Of a stretch of 64,000 bases of DNA, positions 9,798 through 18,784 are shown one piece after another. The notes beneath the pieces are model-generated. The model was given only the letters and a program-made list of their open reading frames with translations. It made no database searches and was not told where the DNA came from. Both the position numbers and the translations under genes were made by a program. The DNA is taken from contig CAWCBP010000004.1 of the NCBI GenBank assembly GCA_963793865.1, positions 32,001 to 96,000 of the forward strand. The letters run 5' to 3'. Numbering within the stretch: the first letter of the stretch is position 1; each line of letters opens with the position of its first letter. The stretch is from an uncultured delta proteobacterium. Its GTDB lineage: Bacteria > Desulfobacterota > WTBG01.

Positions 9798-9948
9798 CCT
9801 GTATGCCTGCTCCTTTCTTTGCCGTTAGTTCTGGCGACCGGCTTTTTCCATGATCTCAGATCATTTGTTTTCAAATGACATTCAGAGCAAAGACGGGTTA
9901 GCCAACAATATCCCCTCTCTCCCGGCTGAACATCTTTTCAATAATTTT

Positions 9949-11619
9949 TCATGACTGCCCATGCCCTTCAGGCGGATGGTTGGATATCAACACAATCTCA
10001 TGTCTGCCGATTAGTGCTGCATCACAGGCAGTAAGAGAGACAGGTGCAATGGGCAAGAGCTGACTGAAATACTGTTTCTGCATCAGGCAAAAAATACGCG
10101 TGTTCGATTGAGTGAAGCAGGTGATGAGTTCATCGGGAGTGTCAAATTGTTTGATCTCCCGTATCCCCGTGTAAAAATCAAAAGCAGGGATTTCTGAGTG
10201 CAGGCGATATGAAACCAGGGTGTCCCCCGTCTTCATGAGACTTTTAATCTTCAAGGAAAATGGTTTCGCAGATTGGAATCGATTCATCGAGGGCAGGATC
10301 AATCCTGCGGCGGAAAAAAAGCAGCCAGCCATGATAATGATAATGAGGGTAAAGGTTGCGGCACCCTTTTTCCTAAGCAGGCAATACAGGGTAACTGTGC
10401 TCGCAAAGCCCAGGATGATGAGCAGGGGATAAAACTGTAAAGCCTGACGGTATTCATCACTGAGACTTTGCCCAATAAAGGGAAGAGCAATGCAAGCCGC
10501 CAGGAGACTGCCGACCAGGAGATAAGCAGGAATGGTTATCAACCTTCTGTTGAGTAGAGGATCATTGGCAAAAAATCTATTGAATAAAAACCCCATCATG
10601 AGCGCCCCGGCGGGAAAAAGCGGAAGCAGATAAAGCCCTCGTTTCCCGGAGCAAAGGGTAAAAAAAACGAATATAGTTATGAACCAGATTAACGGAAAGA
10701 GGAGGTCTTCTTTGATCTCTTTTCTTCTGGTACATAAATGAATAAAGGCGCTGGGAAGGAAAAAAATCCATGGGAAGAGCAGAAAGGGGAGATTTGTAAA
10801 ATAATAATAGAGCGGTTGCTTATGACTCCAGGAGTCATGCACTCTGCCAACAGTTTGTTTGAAAAGGATATTATCCCTGTAGGCTTCACCGCCCTGCATG
10901 CAGGCCGGGATAACCCAGGCAAGCACAACAGCGAAAAAAAGAAAAACCCCGGGATGAAAAAGGACCCTTTTTAACGAGCGCAGATCGTTTTGGGAAAACA
11001 GGTAGACAACAGCCGTCAATGCCGGCAGGAGAAAACCAACCGGTCCTTTGGTAAGGGTTGCAGCACCCATGAAGAAATAGAAAAGATATATGGAAGAGGA
11101 CCAGCCTTTTGATGTGTTTATCCGGTATCCCTTATAAAAGAAATAAAGGGCAGACAAAATAAACAGGGTTAAGGTCATATCAATGTTGGCCCGGCGGCCA
11201 AGCCAGAAATATTCCACCGTGGTAGAGAGTATCAGTGCGGAGATAAAACCAGCCCTGGAACCGTATAGTTTGGAGCCCAGCACATAGGTGAGCATAATCC
11301 CGGCAATTGCAGCCAGCGCCGAGGGAAGACGGGCTGCAAGTGAGTTCGTGCCGGCAACCTTGTAAGCACAGGCAATGAGCCAAAAAAATACCGGCGGCTT
11401 ATCAGGATAAACCTGCTGGTTGAGGTGAGGCAGGATCCAATTGCCACCCTCTGCCATCTCCTTTGCCACCAGGGCATAGCGCGGTTCATCCGGATTCCAG
11501 AGGTCCCAGCCGCCCACATTGTAAAAGAACAGCACGCAGGCAAGCAGGGACAGAATAAAGAGGTGAAATGCCGGCCTGGTAAAGAAAGCAGGTTTATTGT
11601 GTAAGGCTTCAGGACACAA
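9949..11619 (-). CDS. ArnT/GT83-like glycosyltransferase, copy 2
   Basis: Paralog of 4401-6062 (GGWDLWNPDEPRYA, VEYFWLGRRAN, TKGPVG). Confidence 0.9.
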   Translation of the reverse strand: MCPEALHNKPAFFTRPAFHLFILSLLACVLFFYNVGGWDLWNPDEPRYALVAKEMAEGGNWILPHLNQQVYPDKPPVFFWLIACAYKVAGTNSLAARLPSALAAIAGIMLTYVLGSKLYGSRAGFISALILSTTVEYFWLGRRANIDMTLTLFILSALYFFYKGYRINTSKGWSSSIYLFYFFMGAATLTKGPVGFLLPALTAVVYLFSQNDLRSLKRVLFHPGVFLFFAVVLAWVIPACMQGGEAYRDNILFKQTVGRVHDSWSHKQPLYYYFTNLPFLLFPWIFFLPSAFIHLCTRRKEIKEDLLFPLIWFITIFVFFTLCSGKRGLYLLPLFPAGALMMGFLFNRFFANDPLLNRRLITIPAYLLVGSLLAACIALPFIGQSLSDEYRQALQFYPLLIILGFASTVTLYCLLRKKGAATFTLIIIIMAGCFFSAAGLILPSMNRFQSAKPFSLKIKSLMKTGDTLVSYRLHSEIPAFDFYTGIREIKQFDTPDELITCFTQSNTRIFCLMQKQYFSQLLPIAPVSLTACDAALIGRHEIVLISNHPPEGHGQS

Positions 11620-11731
11620 GGTGGTACTATCCTTGATAGATTCTACCGAGATATAATCCGGATTTTTCAGATATACACCTGACCGGTAGGAGCGGCTTTA
11701 AGCTGCGAGTGCATCGTGCATGAACGCACTT

Positions 11732-12019
11732 CTACAGATTAACAGCTGCATTAGCCGGGGTTAATTTTCTTCTGCTTTTATAGATGAGCATAAGATTTCT
11801 TACGTAGACAATCAGCCCGCAGCTCTGCCCCAGGGTAAATACCGGATCAGCAATATGCACGGCATAAACGAATAGTATTACGCCGCCCAATAAACTCCAG
11901 TACCAGAAAAAAACAGGGAAACAGCTCTCACCTTTTTTTTCTGATGCGATCCACTGGATGAGAAAGCGCATAAAAAAAGCTGCCTGCCCGATGAAACCGG
12001 TTATAAACCACCAATGCAT
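11732..12019 (-). CDS. LAB_N small membrane protein, copy 2
   Basis: Very similar 95-aa paralog of 6895-7182. Confidence 0.88.
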   Translation of the reverse strand: MHWWFITGFIGQAAFFMRFLIQWIASEKKGESCFPVFFWYWSLLGGVILFVYAVHIADPVFTLGQSCGLIVYVRNLMLIYKSRRKLTPANAAVNL

Positions 12020-12107
12020 GTGCCATTCTCCTCTATCCGTTGAACCTGATATTTCATCCAGCGCATGGTCAGGAGTTTAAAAAAAATCTAACCATGCTGT
12101 TGGGTAG
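12020..12107 (-). pseudogene. Relic of the 3' end of the duplicated GT2 gene
   Basis: Sequence matches 7185-7277 (ctcctctat, ttcatccagcgca, cat.ctgttg.gta) but has no ORF. Confidence 0.6.
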
Positions 12108-12162
12108 AAACGGTTAAGTGCTCGGGGCGGGTATGGAACAGGTATGAGGATGCAACAATAAA

Positions 12163-12190
12163 ATGAAATAACGATTAAAAATGGATTAAA
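12163..12190 (-). promoter_or_regulatory. Triple PmrA-box-like repeat upstream of the duplicated operon
   Basis: Minus strand reads TTTAAT-ccatt-TTTAAT-cgtta-TTTCAT; homologous to 8044-8071. Confidence 0.55.
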
Positions 12191-12273
12191 AAATTTTAAT
12201 CGAGGAGCAATCCTGAAAGTCAATCATTCCAAAAGCCAGTTTGATTCTTAGACATGAGGACAGCAAAGACAAA

Positions 12274-12620
12274 TCAGGTCTGCGATGGGAGGTGATTACT
12301 TACCACCACTATATCCTTTGATTGAAAAAGAACATAAACGGGTAAGTCTGTGAGAGACATCTTTATTGCATTGTGGCAGGCAGGGCGCATAACTATATAA
12401 ATTGGACCGGGCATGGCCATCAGCCTCACTGCTTCCCCGGCAGTAATGTGTGGCCGCAACGTGTTACGATAGAATTGTAATGTATAGTCTGTGCCAACGT
12501 ATCCAGGACTATCTCATCAAAACACCACTCAGTGGTGGGCGATACACAGGTCCTTGAGGTCATTCAAAACAAGTTCGCCATAGTCGGGATTATTCTCATG
12601 ACAGGATCTGTATAGGATGC
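12274..12620 (-). pseudogene. Probable remnant of the C-terminus of another ArnT-like gene
   Basis: One frame reads ...LQFYRNT...IYIVMR...KDIVVVSNHLPSQT*, resembling the ArnT tails EIVLISNH and EFIIASNH. It has in-frame stops upstream. Confidence 0.4.
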
Positions 12621-12650
12621 GCCTTTTTCTATCTTTTCACATTACTTCTT

Positions 12651-12694
12651 TTTAATGCATTTTTAACATTAGCTTAATATTTGTTCTTTATAAT
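12651..12694 (+). promoter_or_regulatory. Triple PmrA-box-like repeat plus -10 element upstream of arnT
   Basis: TTTAAT-gcatt-TTTAAC-attag-CTTAAT, then TATAAT at 12689-12694. Confidence 0.65.
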
Positions 12695-12855
12695 CCATTC
12701 TGTCTATAAAAAGGATTCCTTCTAAAATGCATTATGAAAGAATGACCGTATCGAAAGGTAATAGAGAACCAAATTTTTATTCACGTTTCCTGCTATTCGA
12801 GGAGTTTTTTCTCCAAAATGAGTGAAGTTCACTTCTGGTTAACCTATATACGATT

Positions 12856-14502
12856 ATGAGAAAGTCTTGCATTGCAGCAATAAGTCTTTTCCTGTTGGTC
12901 TATATTGTGCCCCTCGGAGTGCGCCCACTGTTTTATCAGGATGAGACAAGGTATGCTGAGATTCCACGCGAAATGCTTGCTTCGGGAGATTGGCTTGTGC
13001 CCCGTATTGATGGGCTTCGTTATTTCGCAAAACCTGTTCTCGGCTACTGGCTTAACGCGCTATCCATGACACTATTTGGTTCCAACAGTTTTGCCCTGCG
13101 TTTCCCATCGGCTATGGGAGTGGGCATATCAGCCATGATTATTTTTCTGCTGGCTCAAAGATTTGCGGGTGGTTATGTAACCGGCATTGTCGCTGCCGCC
13201 GCATTACTGACCTGTCCGGAAGTGTTTGTTGTCGGGACAACCAATATTCTCGATAGTGTGTTTTCCATGCTGGTAACTCTTGCCATGGGTTCATTCTTTT
13301 TCGCCTATAGGGAAAATATATCGTGGATACGGATGTGCCTTCTCGTATCTTGCGGTATCTTTATTGGTCTGGCATGTCTCACCAAGGGATTCATCGCCTT
13401 CGTGATACCATTCATAGCGATTGCCCCCTTTATGATCTGGGAGGGTGAATGGAAAAAACTGTTCAGTTTTTCCTGGGTGCCGTTCATTACTGCGGTTCTT
13501 GTTTCTCTGCCCTGGTTCGTAATGATCTGCCTCCGGGAGTATGATTTCTGGAATTATTTTTTCTGGGTTGAACATGTCAGCCGATTTATCTCCCCCACAG
13601 ATAATCCACATCCAAGGCCATTCTGGTTCTTTTTTCCTCTTATAGCGGGTGGGGCACTGCCCTGGTCGGTTCTCGTTCCTGCTCTCCTACCCCGCGTGAG
13701 CCGTCTCATCCGTAAGGATTCGTTTATACGATTTGCCCTCTGCTGGTTCCTCTTTCCTTTCCTGTTCTTCTCAGCTTCACACTGCAAGCTTGCCACCTAT
13801 ATACTGCCCTGCTATCCGCCGCTTGTCATACTTATAACCGTCAGTCTTATGAATTACTTTCAAACGAATCAGCACAAAGTATTCAACACAGTTGCCCTTT
13901 GTTTTTCAGCCCTTATCGGAACCACTACGGCCGTATTGATAGTGAACCAGCTGACCGGATGGCCTGGTTTGAGCCGTTATGGCCCGGAGGAGACTTGGAA
14001 GTGGACTCTTACAGCATGCTGTCTTATGGTGTGGAGTCTGCTTTTGCTCCTCGTCACAAAGATGCCGGACTACCGGAGAAAAATTATTTTATTCTGTGTT
14101 GCTCCTCTTGTCTGCATGTTCAGCTCACATTTTATTCTGCCTGATGAATTAATAATAATGAAAGCGCCCGGTGCGTTTCTCCTGCGTCATTCCGAAAAAG
14201 TTACTCCGGAAACCATCCTTGTTGCAGACAAACGCCTCGTGAGTTCTGTCTGCTGGTTTTACAAGAGAAACGATGTTTTGCTGATCGATAAAGGAGGAGA
14301 GGTTGAATATGGGCTGGGTTTTGAAGATGCACAAGACCGTCAGCTGACCATTGATAGTTTCAGAGAGCTGTACGATAAAGAAGCGGGCAAGAAGAGAATA
14401 GTATTGATTATCAGCAAGAAACTTTATACAAAGCATGAGCTCCTATTTCCTCAAGCAGCATTCAAGGACGTAAGCGCTACCATGGCGTTCTTACAATTTT
14501 AA
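12856..14502 (+). CDS. arnT: ArnT-type lipid A glycosyltransferase (canonical-like)
   Basis: DETRYAEIPREMLASGDWLVPR, Y.AKP..YW, TKGF, FFWVEHVSRF, H.RPFW, KLATYILP motifs. Confidence 0.85.
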   Translation: MRKSCIAAISLFLLVYIVPLGVRPLFYQDETRYAEIPREMLASGDWLVPRIDGLRYFAKPVLGYWLNALSMTLFGSNSFALRFPSAMGVGISAMIIFLLAQRFAGGYVTGIVAAAALLTCPEVFVVGTTNILDSVFSMLVTLAMGSFFFAYRENISWIRMCLLVSCGIFIGLACLTKGFIAFVIPFIAIAPFMIWEGEWKKLFSFSWVPFITAVLVSLPWFVMICLREYDFWNYFFWVEHVSRFISPTDNPHPRPFWFFFPLIAGGALPWSVLVPALLPRVSRLIRKDSFIRFALCWFLFPFLFFSASHCKLATYILPCYPPLVILITVSLMNYFQTNQHKVFNTVALCFSALIGTTTAVLIVNQLTGWPGLSRYGPEETWKWTLTACCLMVWSLLLLLVTKMPDYRRKIILFCVAPLVCMFSSHFILPDELIIMKAPGAFLLRHSEKVTPETILVADKRLVSSVCWFYKRNDVLLIDKGGEVEYGLGFEDAQDRQLTIDSFRELYDKEAGKKRIVLIISKKLYTKHELLFPQAAFKDVSATMAFLQF

Positions 14503-14704
14503 AAGCAGATTAGCTCTTAATTTATAAGTTTGATGGGTTTCCTGTCATCCGGATAGTTACTATGGCAATGCGGTTGTTCGGAACCCGCAGCAGATTTTGA
14601 TTGCAATGAAACGGAATATTGTTTAAACAGTAATCATAATCGCACTTTATCCTGGTGGCGAATCCTGAACGCAAAGAATCAAACCCTGTGGGAGGTATGA
14701 GGAG

Positions 14705-15097
14705 ATGATGTGCATGCGGCGTTTCCCTTTATTATGTGCAGTATCCTGCGTGTTCCTGGTGGTTTTACTCTCTGCTGCCTTGCTGGCTTCATGCAAAAAA
14801 AAGCCATTTGAGCTTAAAAACCCGGCGCTGGTTGGCAAATGGAAGGGAACCGGCCAAACAGTCGAGTTGTTCAGGGACGGAAAAATCACTCTGGTAGCTG
14901 ATGGGAAGTCAAAGCAATCAGCGGGGAGCTACGAGTTTATTGATGAGGATACTATACGTGTAAGACTTAAAGGCTCACGGCCCCGGGATTACAGCATTTA
15001 CCTCACAGGGGACGTTTTAAAAATAACCCGCACCGATGGAACACTAGTCGGGGAGTTTAAGAGGGTTAACCAGCCTCAAACACAGGGGGAGGGTTAA
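14705..15097 (+). CDS. Hypothetical lipoprotein
   Basis: Lipobox LASC, LVGKW beta-rich domain, GGAGG RBS. Confidence 0.7.
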   Translation: MMCMRRFPLLCAVSCVFLVVLLSAALLASCKKKPFELKNPALVGKWKGTGQTVELFRDGKITLVADGKSKQSAGSYEFIDEDTIRVRLKGSRPRDYSIYLTGDVLKITRTDGTLVGEFKRVNQPQTQGEG

Positions 15098-15569
15098 AGA
15101 GCACACATGAAGAAATGTCGTTTTGAAAGGATTTCATGATGTGACTGCATTGCCGAGCTTTGTGGGCATCAAAATCATCATCCTCCCCGTTAACAATAAA
15201 TGTTGTTTCTCGCCACTCCTTTTGCCTCTTTTCATGCCAGTGTCCGGAAAAAACATAATCGACACTATCATCTTCTAATATTCTGGCCAACCGTGTATCA
15301 ATCTGATCAATAAAGCGCCCTTCAGCGCCATCACCGGATATCGGCAGTTGATGCATGAACAGTAAAACGTGAAGGATGCCGGCACTGCGTGACTCCAGCA
15401 CATCCCGCAGCCATTCTGATTTTTCATCATCCCACCCGACTCCGGCAATATCTATCACGATAAACAACGCGTTCCCGTATTCAAACCGGAAGTTTCTTGA
15501 ACCAATACAGGCATCAAACAAGTTGCCGTGATCATTTTTTACATCATGATTGCCGGGAACCACAACAGG
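15066..15569 (-). pseudogene. N-terminally truncated calcineurin-like metallophosphoesterase
   Basis: Has the PGNHD, FMH and SGHWH motifs but begins right at GNHD; the DxH and GD motifs are missing. Confidence 0.7.
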
Positions 15570-15597
15570 GTTAACTACAAATTAAGATTCCGTTAAA
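15570..15597 (-). promoter_or_regulatory. Triple PmrA-box-like repeat
   Basis: Minus strand reads TTTAAC-ggaat-CTTAAT-ttgta-GTTAAC, abutting the truncated phosphoesterase. Confidence 0.5.
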
Positions 15598-15873
15598 ATT
15601 AGTTCATTTTGAAAACCCGGGGACAGCAATGTCAGGTGTGATAATGATCCCGGTAAAAACACTTTTTAAGACAGGTGCAACTTTATCTTGAATTTAACCG
15701 GCACTTCTGTAAAATTGCCAAGCATATGTATTGGAAAAGGCACAATGCTGCGCGGAGCATGCCCTGGGCTTAATGATCGGTTTCTTCGCTGCGTTTAGAA
15801 TGAGAATCAAAATGAGGGAATGCATGACAAACCCTAACAGAAAAAAGGACAAGAAACTCACCAATGGTGCGCG

Positions 15874-17430
15874 ATGAAAAGCGCGGGCGGGTATTCTGCT
15901 ACGAAGCTATTCTGCATCTCCCTGCTGGGGGCGGTTATCCTGCGGGGTGTATTTAACAGCATCATGCCTCTATCCGGAGAAGAGGCTTACTACTGGATGT
16001 GGTCACGCCATCCTGATCTCTGCTACTTTGACCACCCGCCGCTCATAGCATGGGTGATCGGAATCGTTACCGGCGGATTCGGACATTCGGTATTCGCGGT
16101 GAGACTTTCTGCGCTGCTAAGCAATACCCTCACCGCCCTCATTATATTTTTGTGTACCTTGCGCATCACCAAAGACCGCGTGGTTGCCGCCTGGGCGGGC
16201 GGGTTTTTCCTGGTTGCGATTTTTTTCGCGGCCATGGCCACCCTTGCCATACCGGACACCTACTTATTCTTCTTGTGGTCCCTCACCCTCTGGCTCACCA
16301 TAGAAGCCGCTCGGGAGGGCAGGTCTTTCCTCTGGGTTGCCGTGGGAGCGGCGATGGGGCTGTGCATGCTGGCCAAATTTCACGCTGTCCTGCTAGCCCT
16401 CTCCATCCTTTCATACCTGCTCGTTTCAGGACGTCAGCGAAAACAGTTCCGGAGCGGCTGGCTGTATCTCGGAGCAAGTATTGCCGCGTTATTCACCCTG
16501 CCGATTTTAATGTGGAATATCAGGGAGGGCTGGCCGACATTCACCTTCCAGCTATCGAGCAGGCAACATTACATTCTGGGAAACCCGGTATATCTCCTTG
16601 AAATGCTCACCTACCCTTTTGCCCTCACAGGAATGATCATTTTCCCCCTATCGGTTGCCGGTGCGATATGGGGTCTGCGCAAAGGCTTTCGGGAACAAAA
16701 GGATGATTTGCTGTTCCTCTCCATCTCATTCATCCTGCCGTATGCTTTCTTCCTGCTGCTCAGCATATTTATAAAAATTGATTCCCAGTGGTCAGCCCCG
16801 GCATTTGTTTCCGGCATTGTCCTGGCGGCAATGCTCGGCGTGGCGCTGATGCGAAACTCCGCGCGGCCGCGATGGCAGCGGCGGATGCTCCCCCTGGCGC
16901 TCAAAGTCAATATCGCGGTGCTGGCTATCGCCTATGTTGTTCCACTGTTACTCATGCTCTTTCCGGATCTCGTTCCCCGGAACATGATCCTGGTCAAGCA
17001 CCGGCACCGGAAATTCAACACCTCTAAAATCGGGGAACTATACGGCTGGCAGGAGATCGGACAACGCCTCAAGGATGAAATTGCCCTGCTGGGCGGCCCG
17101 CATCATGCCTTTATCTTTGCCCGCATCGGCTGGTGCACCGCCTCGAACTTCTGTTTTTATTCCGGCGGGGAGGCGGAAGTGTTCATCTTTGACCGCCCTC
17201 CCGCCGACGGGCATCAATTTTTCATCTGGGAGAGAAGATCCGACCCGCAGGGGAAGAATGCGGTGGTGATCGCCGAAAAAGAGAAATATATTAATCTCGA
17301 TTTTCTGCAGCTGTATTTCGAGCGGGTGGAACGTTTGCCGGACCTGGTCATAACGCGGAGCGGACTCGAGCAGCGGCGCCTTTTCATGGCGCGGGCCTGG
17401 AACCTGCGCGCAAAACCCAACCAGCTTTGA
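15874..17430 (+). CDS. GT39/PMT_2-family membrane glycosyltransferase
   Basis: EEAYYWMWS, YFDHPP, PD, LAKF motifs; multiple TM helices. Confidence 0.85.
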   Translation: MKSAGGYSATKLFCISLLGAVILRGVFNSIMPLSGEEAYYWMWSRHPDLCYFDHPPLIAWVIGIVTGGFGHSVFAVRLSALLSNTLTALIIFLCTLRITKDRVVAAWAGGFFLVAIFFAAMATLAIPDTYLFFLWSLTLWLTIEAAREGRSFLWVAVGAAMGLCMLAKFHAVLLALSILSYLLVSGRQRKQFRSGWLYLGASIAALFTLPILMWNIREGWPTFTFQLSSRQHYILGNPVYLLEMLTYPFALTGMIIFPLSVAGAIWGLRKGFREQKDDLLFLSISFILPYAFFLLLSIFIKIDSQWSAPAFVSGIVLAAMLGVALMRNSARPRWQRRMLPLALKVNIAVLAIAYVVPLLLMLFPDLVPRNMILVKHRHRKFNTSKIGELYGWQEIGQRLKDEIALLGGPHHAFIFARIGWCTASNFCFYSGGEAEVFIFDRPPADGHQFFIWERRSDPQGKNAVVIAEKEKYINLDFLQLYFERVERLPDLVITRSGLEQRRLFMARAWNLRAKPNQL

Positions 17431-17436
17431 TAGATT

Positions 17437-18672
17437 ATGACTCCTGATTTCATGCGCTTTGTGGACAAGTGGCTGGGAGTTCCCCTTTGCCTGCTGCTTT
17501 CGGCAGCGGAGAGACTGCTCAGGCCTTTTGCACGAAGGATCCCGCCTGCTCAGGTTCAGAAGATTCTCATTGTTCAGATATCGGAGCGCGGGGCAGTGAT
17601 TCTCGGCTACAGCGCGCAGCTTAAGCTGAAAGAGCTCTTTCCCCGGGCAGAACTTTATTATGTCATCTTCGAGGAAATGAAGGAAAGCATAACCCTGCTC
17701 GGCAGCATCCCTGAATCCAGGATTTTCACCATCAGCTCAAGATCATTGGCCGGTCTTTTCTTCAGCGCACTGAAAGTGATCAGTGCCCTGAGAAGGGAAA
17801 AAATTGATGCCGTGCTTGATTTCGAACTTTTCTCCCGGGTGAGTTCCATCCTGTGCTGCCTCTCCGGCGCACCAATCCGGGTGGGGTTCAATAAATTTCA
17901 CATGGAGGGGCTTTACCGGGGCAGCCTGCATACCCACCGGGTTCTCTATAACCATCTCAAACATATCAGCCTCAACTTTCTTTCCCTCGCCTACGCCCTG
18001 AAGGAGGCCCCCGGCGATATTCCCTTGAGCAAGGTCAAGGCAGGGGCTCACGATATTACCATTCCCCGCGTAGTCTCAACGGGGGAGGAAAAAGAGAGAA
18101 TGCTCGCCAAGCTCAAAAAGCTCTGTCCGGGCATTGATAACCGGCAGACCATAGTAGTGCTAAATCCCAATGGGAGCGAACTGATGCCGCTGCGTCGATG
18201 GCCGGCTGAGAACTATATCGCGCTCGCCCGGAGACTGATTGAGCACCCTTCTGTGCATATCGTGATCACGGGCAGCACGTCGGAGAGAAAAGACGCGGGT
18301 ATGATCTGCGACGCGCTCGGGAGCAGCCGATGCATCAACCTTGCGGGGGAAACCGCCTTCCGGGAGTTGATCGATCTCTACAACATAGCCCACCTGCTGG
18401 TGAGCAACGATTCCGGCCCGCCCAACCTTGCCTCCCTGACCCCCATTCGAACAATGGTCTTCTTCGGCCCGGAATCACCTGTCTGCTACAGGCCCCTCGG
18501 TGACAATGTCGAGGCTTTTTACGCCGACTTTTTGTGCAGCCCCTGCGTCTCCGCCTACAATCATCGCCGGTCCGCCTGCCGCGACAACAGGTGCCTCAAG
18601 GCAATTACCGTTGACGAGGTGGTAAAAAAGATCGAATCGCTTTTGCCTCAACTCCGCGATACGGGAATGTAA
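17437..18672 (+). CDS. GT9 (ADP-heptose:LPS heptosyltransferase family) protein
   Basis: LNPNG...RRWP..NY, SNDSGP, FFGP, C-terminal CSPC...C...C. Confidence 0.85.
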   Translation: MTPDFMRFVDKWLGVPLCLLLSAAERLLRPFARRIPPAQVQKILIVQISERGAVILGYSAQLKLKELFPRAELYYVIFEEMKESITLLGSIPESRIFTISSRSLAGLFFSALKVISALRREKIDAVLDFELFSRVSSILCCLSGAPIRVGFNKFHMEGLYRGSLHTHRVLYNHLKHISLNFLSLAYALKEAPGDIPLSKVKAGAHDITIPRVVSTGEEKERMLAKLKKLCPGIDNRQTIVVLNPNGSELMPLRRWPAENYIALARRLIEHPSVHIVITGSTSERKDAGMICDALGSSRCINLAGETAFRELIDLYNIAHLLVSNDSGPPNLASLTPIRTMVFFGPESPVCYRPLGDNVEAFYADFLCSPCVSAYNHRRSACRDNRCLKAITVDEVVKKIESLLPQLRDTGM

Positions 18673-18698
18673 CGCGTCCGCCCCCGCCGTTTTTATCC

Positions 18699-18728
18699 TT
18701 GACAACCAAAAATCAAATTATCTATAGT
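18699..18728 (+). promoter_or_regulatory. Putative sigma70 promoter
   Basis: TTGACA-N18-TATAGT upstream of the carboxyltransferase. Confidence 0.45.
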
Positions 18729-18784
18729 GAAAAACCCTCAGCCGGCAAACCGGCTCAACGGGCTAACCATTAAGGAGATGGCGC

